This document shows positions 18,915 through 28,238 of a stretch of 64,000 nt of DNA, piece after piece. Made by a program: the position numbers and the translations under genes. The number at the start of each line of letters is the position of its first letter. Position 1 is the stretch's first letter. Under the pieces are notes generated by a model, which saw only the letters and a list, made by a program, of their open reading frames with translations, made no database searches and was not told where the DNA came from. This DNA comes from a virus. Lineage: Duplodnaviria > Heunggongvirae > Uroviricota > Caudoviricetes. The stretch lies in IMG/VR virus record IMGVR_UViG_3300037245_002365. One strand, 5' to 3'.

Positions 18915-19355
18915 TTAAGTTGTTGTAAACTCTATTACAGTGTGGTTACGACCAAGATGCTCAATAACATGAGCTGCCTTAGTACAATATGCAACAACGC
19001 TTACATTATCATCTCCTGGAGCCGCAACAACGACTAGTGTTCCATCAGTCCCTGCAACTAGCGCGTCGCCTACGGCGGGCGTACCTGTGTACTGATCTGT
19101 CAGTGCTCTTACTGTCTTTCCTGTTAATACAGTCAATTTGCCTGTATTGGTTACATCTGGTGTCCAACCAACAGTACCGTCACGATTTGACTCGGTCCAT
19201 ACTAGTTGTGCTTGGTCGCCTTGTGTACCAGGAAGGTCAATAGTATCACCTATTTTTGAAACCCAGCTGCCCGTAACGCCCGATGCAAGTAATCCTGCAG
19301 TAGCGATAACATCATAACGACTCACTAGGTTTAAGCTTGTTAGCATTCTTAACAT
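18915..19355 (-). CDS. Putative capsid decoration protein
   Basis: Immediately upstream of the capsid gene; G/T/V-rich beta protein (PAVGDALVAG.DG.L); SD AGGAGG. Confidence 0.55.
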   Translation of the reverse strand: MLRMLTSLNLVSRYDVIATAGLLASGVTGSWVSKIGDTIDLPGTQGDQAQLVWTESNRDGTVGWTPDVTNTGKLTVLTGKTVRALTDQYTGTPAVGDALVAGTDGTLVVVAAPGDDNVSVVAYCTKAAHVIEHLGRNHTVIEFTTT

Positions 19356-19381
19356 AAGAACTAACCTCCTTTTTTGTTTAT

Positions 19382-19723
19382 TTAATGATCAAGTAGTCCT
19401 AAAAAGAACTGCTCATCTGCTGGAAGATTGTTAGCATTGCTAGCATCATCCAATTTTCCGAACGAAAACGAACCCTTCGATTCCGTTACAAATTCAGCGG
19501 CCTTTTCCAAGACCTCTATTTCTTTTGCTGTTTTCTCTGCAAACTCGTCAATTTTACTTTCCAAGTCCTCTATCAAGATAGCTCCTTCTTTTAGCAAACT
19601 AAATCCAAGTACATGAGCACGTTTATAAGTAGCTAGTTTTTCAACTGCCTCTTCGTTCTCTGTTTGTAAGTGTTTAATTGCTTCTGCAGCTTTTTCGAGC
19701 GTTTCGACTGTCTCAACGTTCAT
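19382..19723 (-). CDS. Acidic coiled-coil scaffold-like protein
   Basis: E/K/A-rich with repeated EKxA; lies between protease and capsid genes. Confidence 0.55.
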   Translation of the reverse strand: MNVETVETLEKAAEAIKHLQTENEEAVEKLATYKRAHVLGFSLLKEGAILIEDLESKIDEFAEKTAKEIEVLEKAAEFVTESKGSFSFGKLDDASNANNLPADEQFFLGLLDH

Positions 19724-19749
19724 GGCTTTACCCCCTAATTATTAGTTGA

Positions 19750-20106
19750 TTAAGCTTCTTCTGCTGGTGCTTCTTCGGTTGATGCGTTAACTCTTTCAAT
19801 AAAAGCGTCTGCTGCTGCATATCCCATGATTTTTCCTTGATCTTCAAGGCTAGCAATTTTCTCAAGATTTTCTTCTTGTTCCATATCACTTTCAATCATC
19901 ATTTCAGCCAACTTAACTACATCTGCTTCTTCGTAGTCTTTACCATATTCGTCTGCCATCAGAGCATCTGCGGCTTCTGCATATTTTTCAAGTACTTCAA
20001 GTCTTTCGTTTACAACGCCTGACTCTTCAGCAACCTTTTCTTCTTCGACAACCTGTGCAGCTTCAGCTTGTTTCATCATGTTATAAGTGTCCATTATATT
20101 TGACAT
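19750..20106 (-). CDS. Acidic scaffold-like protein
   Basis: EKVAEE, EKYAE, EKIAS motifs. Confidence 0.55.
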   Translation of the reverse strand: MSNIMDTYNMMKQAEAAQVVEEEKVAEESGVVNERLEVLEKYAEAADALMADEYGKDYEEADVVKLAEMMIESDMEQEENLEKIASLEDQGKIMGYAAADAFIERVNASTEEAPAEEA

Positions 20107-20729
20107 TATTTACTTTCTCCTTCTGGAAAATGGTTTTTGTATAGTTCAAAAAGGATACGATCTGAAGCTGTCTTCAATTCGCCTTCTTCCTCTGGTGCTT
20201 CTTCGGCAACTTTTTCTTCTTCCACTGTAGCTTCCACTGCTGGAGCTTCTGCAGGAGCTTCTTCCGCTGCAATCTCTTCGGCAACTTTTTCTTGAACTGC
20301 TGCCAGTGTGTCTTCGGCGTGTTTATCCATTTCAGCAATAAAGCCTTTTGCGATAATGCGACCGCGATCTTCTAAATCTTTGGTCTCTGCCAGTTTTTCT
20401 TCTGCTACTTTCTCTTCCTCTACAGGAACTTCTTCAGCAGGTGCTTCTTCAGCTACCTTTTCTTCAGCAGGTGCTTCTTCGGCTGGTGCGGCTTCAGCAG
20501 GTGCTTCTTCTTCTGCTACTTTTTCTTCCTCAACTGGAGCTGCTTCTTTCGGAGCTGCTTCGGCTGGGGCTTCTTCTGCAGGAGCCTCTTCAGCGACTTT
20601 TTCTTCCGCTGGTTTTTCTTCTTCTAAATTCTTTTGTGACAGCGACTCAAGTAATACTTCCTCTGCATTTGCAACCTTAACTTGTTCCTCAATATCCGCT
20701 AGAATTTCTTTAATATTCATTCCGGCCAT
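20106..20729 (-). CDS. Low-complexity acidic scaffold-like protein with EEKVAEE/AEEAPA repeats
   Basis: Multiple EEKVAEE and AEEAPA units; matching DNA repeats GCAGGTGCTTCTTC around 20437-20510. Confidence 0.65.
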   Translation of the reverse strand: MAGMNIKEILADIEEQVKVANAEEVLLESLSQKNLEEEKPAEEKVAEEAPAEEAPAEAAPKEAAPVEEEKVAEEEAPAEAAPAEEAPAEEKVAEEAPAEEVPVEEEKVAEEKLAETKDLEDRGRIIAKGFIAEMDKHAEDTLAAVQEKVAEEIAAEEAPAEAPAVEATVEEEKVAEEAPEEEGELKTASDRILFELYKNHFPEGESK

Positions 20730-20735
20730 GGTTAT

Positions 20736-22451
20736 TTAAACCTCCTTATTGTTTACTAAATCATCGTAGATGGCATTTAGTTCGTTTTCATCAAGTTTAT
20801 ATACTAAACTAGATACTTTCGTCATTTTAGACGACCATTTACCAATAGTTTTTCCTGCTTTACCCAGCGCTATTGTGCCAGCTAAAGCTACAAGCATCGG
20901 ATGTTTTCTTACAAAGTCTTCAGTCCCTGTAATTGTTTTTCCTTTCCTTGCTTTTTCTTCTTTTATTCCAGAAGCATAATAGGAAACCGGAACTGCGATT
21001 AACGCACTTTTCAGGCCCCTCTCAATAGCACCCATTGTGGAACTCATTTTTTCAAATGATTTTCTTTGTGCAAACACTGAAGCACCTGCGGTACCTCCGA
21101 GTAATGCAGCAAAAATCCACGGATGTCTTTTAACAAATTTACTAAAGCCTTTTAAATCAGTCTCATTATAAACTTTAGTATACCCGTGGTAAACACTGCC
21201 CAAAAGAGCTAATGGTACTATAGGGTTCTTTGTCGCATCTATTTTCACTTCTGCTTCTTTGTCAATTAGCACTCGTCCAAAATCGTTTTCGGCTGATCTA
21301 CTTAATGTAACTAAACTTCTGGCAAGAATCAAGGGTTTTGTTAAAGAAACCGAAGAAATCTTTTCAGACAGCAAATCTGCCACTTTTTCGTTGTAATTAT
21401 CGAGTTTAATATCATTAGGTATTGCTTCGCTTATCTCTTCGACCTCAAACACTATTCCGTCAGATTCAAGCTTCTGCGCTATATCTTCTAAACCAATAGA
21501 AGATAAAGCGAGTTTCTGAAACTCTTCTTTAGTCGGAACAATTCTTAAGCCTAACATCGTCGATAGTACTTCATGTAATGGGTATTCAGATAATTTTTCA
21601 ATTATCTCTTCACCCAAATCTTTTTTGGATTTTAAGATAAGGGCCTTTGGGTCCTCGTCTATGTGTTCAATTTTTGTTATAACTTCTTTTTTTATTTCAG
21701 CCATGTTATACATAGTGGCTGATTTCATAAACTCCTCGCCCCAATCTGCTACCTTCTCCGTATGGTGAGAAACACTAGAAACTAGCCTACCTATAGAGTC
21801 TCCAAAGAACTCCATAAAACTAGCAGTCTTTTCTGCTGGAATGGTAACAACACTTAAGTCAAAAAACCGTGGTCTAACATTTCTTGCACAAACACGCTTA
21901 CCGTTAGGTAAGATTTTGTTCATTCTATATCTTAGACATTCGCAGTAATCGGACATTCTTTTGGCTTTATGTCCACACTCTGTGCAAACATCATATGGAA
22001 CTTTACAGCCCATACTAACTGCGGGAAGTTCACCGCGTCGCAATCCGTCAATAATACTCTTTGCTCGAACATTATCTAACTCAAGGACAAGCTCTACTCG
22101 CTTCATCCTGTTGTTATAATGAGAAAAAACAACCCGTCCAAACGCTTTTTCTGGGTTTTTATTTACATGGTGTTTATAAACGTGACCATGCTCTTCAAAA
22201 GTTTTGTGGTGAGCTATAAGTTCACTTTCAGGAAAGAAGTCGCCATTTCTATTACTTCCATAATACTCACCGGCTGATAAAGCGTTAACTAAGGCATATA
22301 CCTTATTAATCTTTCTTTCCAAGTTCGCTAGATAAGCAGAAATTTCATCTGCATATGAAGCGGTTTTAACTAATCCATCATCACCGTCATATAAGGAAAA
22401 AACCTCAGAGTCATTATCTCCGTAAATATATTTTACAGATTTATTGAACAT
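20736..22451 (-). CDS. Prohead (capsid maturation) protease with Zn-finger insertion and long C-terminal extension
   Basis: N.NGDFF, HH.N...AFG.V, VELVL, AVSMGC (catalytic-Ser type motif), CTECG..YCECL, FFDLSVV..PA. Confidence 0.75.
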   Translation of the reverse strand: MFNKSVKYIYGDNDSEVFSLYDGDDGLVKTASYADEISAYLANLERKINKVYALVNALSAGEYYGSNRNGDFFPESELIAHHKTFEEHGHVYKHHVNKNPEKAFGRVVFSHYNNRMKRVELVLELDNVRAKSIIDGLRRGELPAVSMGCKVPYDVCTECGHKAKRMSDYCECLRYRMNKILPNGKRVCARNVRPRFFDLSVVTIPAEKTASFMEFFGDSIGRLVSSVSHHTEKVADWGEEFMKSATMYNMAEIKKEVITKIEHIDEDPKALILKSKKDLGEEIIEKLSEYPLHEVLSTMLGLRIVPTKEEFQKLALSSIGLEDIAQKLESDGIVFEVEEISEAIPNDIKLDNYNEKVADLLSEKISSVSLTKPLILARSLVTLSRSAENDFGRVLIDKEAEVKIDATKNPIVPLALLGSVYHGYTKVYNETDLKGFSKFVKRHPWIFAALLGGTAGASVFAQRKSFEKMSSTMGAIERGLKSALIAVPVSYYASGIKEEKARKGKTITGTEDFVRKHPMLVALAGTIALGKAGKTIGKWSSKMTKVSSLVYKLDENELNAIYDDLVNNKEV

Positions 22452-22990
22452 TAGTTTGTTTGTAAGAATCCGCCTGGGGTAGTTAACTCCTTAACTGTGG
22501 CTTTTAGGGCTTCTCCCATAAACAGCCCACCTTGGGTTTTTCCTTTTAATTTATTTTCTATATCAGTCAATGTTAGATAAGTATCTGGAGCGGGTCCACC
22601 AAACTCACTTGGCAGTCCTCTAGCTAAGGATTGTCTGATAAATGATCCTGCCGCTAATGCATCCTGTGCCATATACGGCGCAAAATGGTATAGAGATGCC
22701 CAATACCTGGCTACAAGTTTTGGGTCTTCTTTCTTTAACTCTGGATGTGCCTCTAACATCTTAGCATAAAATATGGGACTATTGGCTCTTACAGCTTTTC
22801 CTCTTAAATGCTCAACAATCATATCTGCTATTTTGGCAGTTAAGACAAAAGTACCTACATTAAATGCTTTCGTTCCAAAACCTTTACCTATTTTTGATAC
22901 AACCCTGCCAAACCGTCTTTTAACAAATTTACTTCTGATTGCTTTTGCTTCATCTAGTGTCTTAATTCTCGCTTCTTTAACCGTACTCAT
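22451..22990 (-). CDS. Hypothetical head-associated protein
   Basis: TAATG-coupled on both sides within the head module. Confidence 0.55.
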   Translation of the reverse strand: MSTVKEARIKTLDEAKAIRSKFVKRRFGRVVSKIGKGFGTKAFNVGTFVLTAKIADMIVEHLRGKAVRANSPIFYAKMLEAHPELKKEDPKLVARYWASLYHFAPYMAQDALAAGSFIRQSLARGLPSEFGGPAPDTYLTLTDIENKLKGKTQGGLFMGEALKATVKELTTPGGFLQTN

Positions 22991-23985
22991 TATCTAAATG
23001 CCTTCCTTGGGTTTCTGCTTTGCCCTTTTAAATATACTTCTTGTAATGCGTGTCCCTGCTCCCTTTTTCCCTTTCTTTTCCCTGCGGAATAAACGAGTGG
23101 AGTAGCTATTGCTGCTACCGTAGCTTTTGGGGACCGTATAAAGAAACCAACTAACTTTCCTATGCCGCTAATTACGCCTGCAAATTTAGTAATCATAACA
23201 ACCTTGGTTGTTTTATCAACGGCTTCCACATATTTATCCATGTGCGAATCCATTGCTTGTTTAGTTAGTTGTATTCTATGTAGAGAATCTCCGACTCTCT
23301 TTGCTGTCTTATAAAGTGATGTATTGGTTTGTAACAAACCCTGTGGAGTAAACTCTGCCTCAAAATCCACTAAGGGCATTGAGTCAGTTAGATCGTTTTT
23401 GATACTATCTGCTATAACATTATCTTGGTCAAGTGACGCCCGCTTAATAACATAAGCTGCTTCATTAAAATTTTCTCCGCTCAACACATGCTGTGAAACA
23501 ATGTGCCCAAGTTTCATATAGTCTTCATCTAATGAAGCGTGCGCCTCATAGATAGCATCTTGTAGGAATTGTACAGTGCCTCTTAAATCTTCTGCTTCTT
23601 TTCTAAGCTCTGCTTGGGGCCTAACAATCTCTGTTTCTTCCTCTGCGCTTGCAGTCTTTTCAACTTCTTCAGTCTCAACGTGCATGTTTGCAACATGAGC
23701 GCTGTAATCATCTGTTATCACACTAGCTATTTTTGGCATTTCAAGGTCTCCTGCAATTGCGTTTGAGTCCGCTAAATCAAAATTAACGTACTTACTTTCT
23801 GCTGTTTTCATCATAGCTAGATAAGTTTCAACATTAGCAGATTCAACCACACGGTTAATTTGCTGTCTGTTTAAACTATTCTCACCTGCAATTTTTTGTA
23901 TACCTTTATTCAAAGGTACGCTATTATCTAAGAAACTAGAGGAAGCTACCTTCCCAAAATCTTCTAAATCGTGTGCACTATACAT
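22990..23985 (-). CDS. Hypothetical head-morphogenesis protein; probably leaderless
   Basis: KIAGENSLNRQQINRVVESAN helical motif and several KxA sites; ATG 5 nt after a -10 box with an in-frame TAA upstream. Confidence 0.6.
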   Translation of the reverse strand: MYSAHDLEDFGKVASSSFLDNSVPLNKGIQKIAGENSLNRQQINRVVESANVETYLAMMKTAESKYVNFDLADSNAIAGDLEMPKIASVITDDYSAHVANMHVETEEVEKTASAEEETEIVRPQAELRKEAEDLRGTVQFLQDAIYEAHASLDEDYMKLGHIVSQHVLSGENFNEAAYVIKRASLDQDNVIADSIKNDLTDSMPLVDFEAEFTPQGLLQTNTSLYKTAKRVGDSLHRIQLTKQAMDSHMDKYVEAVDKTTKVVMITKFAGVISGIGKLVGFFIRSPKATVAAIATPLVYSAGKRKGKREQGHALQEVYLKGQSRNPRKAFR

Positions 23986-23990
23986 AGTTT

Positions 23991-24019
23991 AATATACCCC
24001 CACATTGACAATTAGTCAA
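23991..24019 (-). promoter_or_regulatory. Sigma70-type promoter TTGACT-N17-TATATT
   Basis: Intergenic between the terminase and the 331-aa ORF. Confidence 0.8.
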
Positions 24020-24032
24020 GTCTTTTTTATTT

Positions 24033-25589
24033 TTAAATCGAATTCACCGAGTATAGCATCTGATTTGCAAGTATTGCAAACAAGGTTGCATGGAAAAAAT
24101 CGTCTGGACCTAAGTTTACAAACTTCATTTTTCCTAACTCTTCATTGAACTCTGTCTGTATGTTTAGTATATCTTCTACACAAGCTTCCACATCAGACAA
24201 CTGTGGAAATAATAGTTTGCCTTTTCTTATATGATCAAATGTTTCTGTCATTACCTGATTCCTGTTCATAGTATAAGCAGGCATGTCTTTGTTCCAATTG
24301 ATCCTTTTCTTTTGGGTGGCCATATGTTGGAAAGCAATTACTTTCTGATATCCGATACGAGAACGGATTTCTCCATTAGGAGCCTCTCCCATTCCATAAT
24401 CAGCAGCCAAATGAGTACAATTCCACTTTGCCATTAACCTTGGTATTTCTGCATGTATGAAGGCATAATCTGCCTCTTTACCCATAAACTTTTTAGCATA
24501 TACAACATGATATTTATCATCCCCACGCATCTGAACGATTGAGATAACTGTGTGCGACTTCTCCGAATTAACCGGACCATAATCGATACCCATAATTGAT
24601 TGATATGATCTTTCCAATCTGTCTGGTTCAATGTTCATTGGCATGTCCATCTGACAAGCAGCATATAATTCCGCTCTAGTAATTGGTGAAACGCCAATAT
24701 CGTGCTCAAGTCCTAAAGTTTCATTATAAAATAATGCCTTTGTTTGATTACGCCGTTTAACTATAACATCTCTATTCCAATCTACCCATGGTGCGTTAGC
24801 AAAGTGTAGTAAGCAAATTCTATAACCATCTAGATCAGGACCAAGCCCTGTTTGTGGGAAAGTTGATACCCATTCACCTCTAGCGGTTCGTGGGTCTAGT
24901 TCTCTACCACACTTTTTACAGATTAAGTGGAGGTCACCAATATTATCTTCGTCCAATAAGTTCCATTTGTTACAAGCATTGCATCGTAACATGTACTCAT
25001 TCTGTGTTGATCTAAACCATATATCAGCCAGCGTTCCTTTAGAACGTTTAGGAGTTCCTGTGTAGATCGACCGTTTAACAGTCGAACGTGACATGGTTTC
25101 CTCAACAACTGGAATAATATCTGACTTTAAATCCTGGACTTCATCGAAGTAGTTTACATCTGCTGAATATCCACGGATTCTATCTGCGTTCTGCAGCGCA
25201 TACCGAAGGTATAGTCTGCTCCCGTTTAAGAACTGCTTCATATGTACATTCTGCACAAGAGCAGAAGACATATAATAATCTTTAATAAATGGGCTCGATT
25301 CAATAACCGGTGCTACCCTATCAATGGAAAAAACTCTAGTCTGATCTACGGTAGGTGCAACATATAAACTCTTATAATAAGGGTTCATCGCACTATCTGT
25401 AATCATTAGATTAGCTAACGTTGTTGACTTAGCGGTCTGTCTACTAAATTTTAATACCAATTTATCTGCTGAAGTATTATATACTTGACGCAGGAATGGA
25501 TAATCAGACAGTGACAACTGTCTACCATTTAGATATAAGAAGCGTTCCGCAAACTCGCTGCGGGTCATTGTTATTACTCTTTTACTCAT
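24033..25589 (-). CDS. terL: Terminase large subunit
   Basis: SRQTAKST (Walker A variant), IRG..AD..YFDEVQD (Walker B), GTPK coupling motif, CNAC/CKKC Zn ribbon, GIDYG nuclease Asp, DDFFHA. Confidence 0.9.
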   Translation of the reverse strand: MSKRVITMTRSEFAERFLYLNGRQLSLSDYPFLRQVYNTSADKLVLKFSRQTAKSTTLANLMITDSAMNPYYKSLYVAPTVDQTRVFSIDRVAPVIESSPFIKDYYMSSALVQNVHMKQFLNGSRLYLRYALQNADRIRGYSADVNYFDEVQDLKSDIIPVVEETMSRSTVKRSIYTGTPKRSKGTLADIWFRSTQNEYMLRCNACNKWNLLDEDNIGDLHLICKKCGRELDPRTARGEWVSTFPQTGLGPDLDGYRICLLHFANAPWVDWNRDVIVKRRNQTKALFYNETLGLEHDIGVSPITRAELYAACQMDMPMNIEPDRLERSYQSIMGIDYGPVNSEKSHTVISIVQMRGDDKYHVVYAKKFMGKEADYAFIHAEIPRLMAKWNCTHLAADYGMGEAPNGEIRSRIGYQKVIAFQHMATQKKRINWNKDMPAYTMNRNQVMTETFDHIRKGKLLFPQLSDVEACVEDILNIQTEFNEELGKMKFVNLGPDDFFHATLFAILANQMLYSVNSI

Positions 25590-25594
25590 AAGCT

Positions 25595-25801
25595 TTATTG
25601 AGGTTTTTTACTAAGTCTCTTTTTTCTTTTAACTGCACTTGGTTTAATATAGTATGACTTATTCTTTAAGTCTTCCATTATACCGGAATCCTTAATTCTT
25701 TTATTTAGCCGACGCAATGCATCCTCTAAATTACCGTCATTAACAAATACTTGGTTCCCAAAATCCCTGCTTTTATTCTTATCTTTCTTAGACTGTGACA
25801 T
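25595..25801 (-). CDS. rpsU: Ribosomal protein bS21 homologue
   Basis: VFVNDGNLEDALRRLNKRIKDSGIMEDLKNKSYYIKPSAVKRKK matches the bS21 pattern (V.V....E.ALRR.K....G....K....Y.KPS..R). Confidence 0.85.
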   Translation of the reverse strand: MSQSKKDKNKSRDFGNQVFVNDGNLEDALRRLNKRIKDSGIMEDLKNKSYYIKPSAVKRKKRLSKKPQ

Positions 25802-26588
25802 CTTCTGCTTTTAGTGGTTCGAGTTTTTCGAATAGCTCTCCGTGAGGGCCGTGTTCTATATACTTAAATATAATATTTTGTGCACTCCGTCTTGGAGTAC
25901 CCCAACCTGTTCTGTAAGTTTCCTTTCTTCCCGTATCTATACGGTCTATGAAAGTTACTAGGTTAATCAGATCAGCTTTTATCTCTGCTTTCTTCTTTTT
26001 GATAAGTGCACTTCTAGTAGGAGTGCCCTTAGTTGTCAGTTTTATATCTTCTAATTCTTTTAAGTCTTTATAATATTCTTTTGCTCTTCTATCGAACTCT
26101 CTGCCAAACTGTCTTGCTTGAAGAATTTCCATTACGAATTCTTGTTTTGGGTCTTTAATGGAACTTTGTGCTGGAGGTTCCTGTTCCCATCTATTATTAA
26201 GGACATCATAAACACCAAATTTTGAGCCAGCCCAATTAGCCCCTTCAATATATTTTTGTAAGAAAAAGTTAATTGGATGGCGTCCACCATATGATAGAAA
26301 ACCGTTTACACCCTTAGTAAGGGCGGTCTTTGCAAGACCCTCTGGATATGGATCAATCTTAATATTAACATCTATATCAGATGTCTCTCTATATTTAAAT
26401 CCTGTGATAGACCCTATAATAAATATCTCTTTAATAGTTAGATGTGCTGGAATTGCCTGTCTAGACCTAGTTAGAATTTGTTCCCTTAACTGTGGTATAA
26501 GTTTGCCGTCAAGTTGAAAAACATCCATTGCCAAGGATTTCCTTGGTGCATCTAAGATACCGGCTACTTTTTCTAACATTGTAAGCAT
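25788..26588 (-). CDS. Pol-beta superfamily nucleotidyltransferase
   Basis: IFIIGSITGFKYRETSDIDVNI is a GS..DxD motif; HPINFF supplies the third-strand region. Confidence 0.75.
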   Translation of the reverse strand: MLTMLEKVAGILDAPRKSLAMDVFQLDGKLIPQLREQILTRSRQAIPAHLTIKEIFIIGSITGFKYRETSDIDVNIKIDPYPEGLAKTALTKGVNGFLSYGGRHPINFFLQKYIEGANWAGSKFGVYDVLNNRWEQEPPAQSSIKDPKQEFVMEILQARQFGREFDRRAKEYYKDLKELEDIKLTTKGTPTRSALIKKKKAEIKADLINLVTFIDRIDTGRKETYRTGWGTPRRSAQNIIFKYIEHGPHGELFEKLEPLKAEDVTV

Positions 26589-27151
26589 TATATATTATAT
26601 ACACCCTTCAAATCTTTTGATAAACTGTGCCGTGACCTGTTTCTAGCAAGAGTAACCTCGTTCCGATACTTTCTATTAGCAGCTCCCGTTTGCTTAAGTT
26701 TAGACGATGGAAGCCGAAACATTCCTCCTAGATTTTTCTTTCTAGTTTTGTATGCTTTCATTAACCTTATTTGTTGGTCAAACTTTTTAGCCTCAAATGC
26801 ATGTCGAGCAGCACGTAAAACTAGTTGTTCTGATACTGCTAGTTTTTCTATTGTTAGGTCTGCAGTTTTACGTAATCTGGATTCGATATCAACAGTGCCC
26901 GGTTTAGTTCCTCGGCTTACCCGATGAAAGGAAACCAAGCTAGGTTTCTTTTTACCAATACCAAGAAAACCCTTTCTTCCTTTATTCAGGATAAAAACAT
27001 CCGCTTTTCCAGGTTTAAATGTCGCAGCAAACGTAAGCTTTTTATCTTTCTTGACAGTTCTTTGTGCAAACCGTGTTACTGTGTCTCTAAAATCCTGTTC
27101 TGGGTCTAGAGAAATTGCTAACTTCTCAAATAATCTTTTTGCCCTATCCAC
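26588..27151 (-). CDS. Basic protein with shared leader (MDRAKRLFEKLA)
   Basis: GTG start with SD GGAGG; highly basic. Confidence 0.6.
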   Translation of the reverse strand: MDRAKRLFEKLAISLDPEQDFRDTVTRFAQRTVKKDKKLTFAATFKPGKADVFILNKGRKGFLGIGKKKPSLVSFHRVSRGTKPGTVDIESRLRKTADLTIEKLAVSEQLVLRAARHAFEAKKFDQQIRLMKAYKTRKKNLGGMFRLPSSKLKQTGAANRKYRNEVTLARNRSRHSLSKDLKGVYNI

Positions 27152-27153
27152 CT

Positions 27154-27984
27154 TTAATCCTCCAATTCGGAAATGTGTCTTGGTGTGTCATCTGCTGTAG
27201 GCGCACCTTCTCGTGTATCTGAGTTTGCCATATTAAATTCAAAGCTAGCAAATATATCTTGTTTTGTACCTGTGTCTTTTTCTAACTTTTCTGCCCTGTC
27301 TACTAATTTCACTAACAACGCTCCCCAGCGTTGTGCGTCTTCAGGATTACTCAATGAGCGTTCCTTAAAGTTGTAGTATGTATCGGAAACCATATCCCTT
27401 AACATTTCATCTACTGGCTTGTCCGGGGCTGCCCCTAGTTTCCAAACCAAGTAATCTTTATCGCCATCAAGCGCTAGTTTATAAGCTCTCTTAAGAGCTT
27501 TATCAGCTACCTCAGTTACAAATGAAGTTTTCTGTTTGATATTCCAACCCGCTACATCAAAGAAATAATGTAAGAATTGCTCTATATCCTCGTGGCTGTA
27601 TGACATGTTAAACTTGCCATTAACAATAAGTTCTATATCTTCATCGTTGATCTTCGCAAGGGCTAAACTGGTTACCAGTCTGTACATTAAAGGATCATTA
27701 ATTATATTAATAGCCCCCTCAATTCCTTCAATGCCATAAGGCACTTCAACGGAGAATTCATAACCAAACATCCTGTCCACCTTCATCTCAACCAGCAATT
27801 CAGTATTTACTGAACTGGTGTCTTCGAAATGCTCTGGATATAATGTTTTTAGTTTAGTTGCAACTTTGTATACAAGTTCTTCTGGAAACGCTAGTCCGTA
27901 TTCAGATAATTTTGATACTATCTGTGAAGGAGAAAGTCTCCCTAGGGCTAAAGTTTCTACATATTTAATATAAGGAAATTCCAT
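27154..27984 (-). CDS. Hypothetical helical protein (small terminase not excluded)
   Basis: 276-aa clean ORF near terL; no decisive motif. Confidence 0.55.
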   Translation of the reverse strand: MEFPYIKYVETLALGRLSPSQIVSKLSEYGLAFPEELVYKVATKLKTLYPEHFEDTSSVNTELLVEMKVDRMFGYEFSVEVPYGIEGIEGAINIINDPLMYRLVTSLALAKINDEDIELIVNGKFNMSYSHEDIEQFLHYFFDVAGWNIKQKTSFVTEVADKALKRAYKLALDGDKDYLVWKLGAAPDKPVDEMLRDMVSDTYYNFKERSLSNPEDAQRWGALLVKLVDRAEKLEKDTGTKQDIFASFEFNMANSDTREGAPTADDTPRHISELED

Positions 27985-27996
27985 AAGTTTTATTGA

Positions 27997-28215
27997 TTAC
28001 ATTGATTTTACATAGTTCATTAATATCAGGCCAACCGCAGGAATGACCCCGCCAGCTACTCCCCACATACCAGCTTTAACTTTAAGCATGGCTATGTCTA
28101 CGTGAACCGCAGTCATCGTCTCATTCATTGTTTTTAGCAGTTCTTCGTGTGCATCTAATCTGTGCAACACTAGTCGAGAATATTGTTCCCATCCGCTTGT
28201 TTGTTCATCAGTCAT
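27997..28215 (-). CDS. Small coiled-coil plus C-terminal TM protein (XhlA/holin-like)
   Basis: GWEQYSRLVL..L...DIAMLKVKAGMWGVAGG followed by a hydrophobic helix. Confidence 0.55.
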   Translation of the reverse strand: MTDEQTSGWEQYSRLVLHRLDAHEELLKTMNETMTAVHVDIAMLKVKAGMWGVAGGVIPAVGLILMNYVKSM

Positions 28216-28238
28216 TATTATAATTTATAACCTGTTTA

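Noticed and set aside
20300-20700. GCAGGTGCTTCTTC-type tandem repeats as a non-coding repeat array
   Set aside because: Fully explained by AEEAPA/EEKVAEE coding repeats of the scaffold-like protein.
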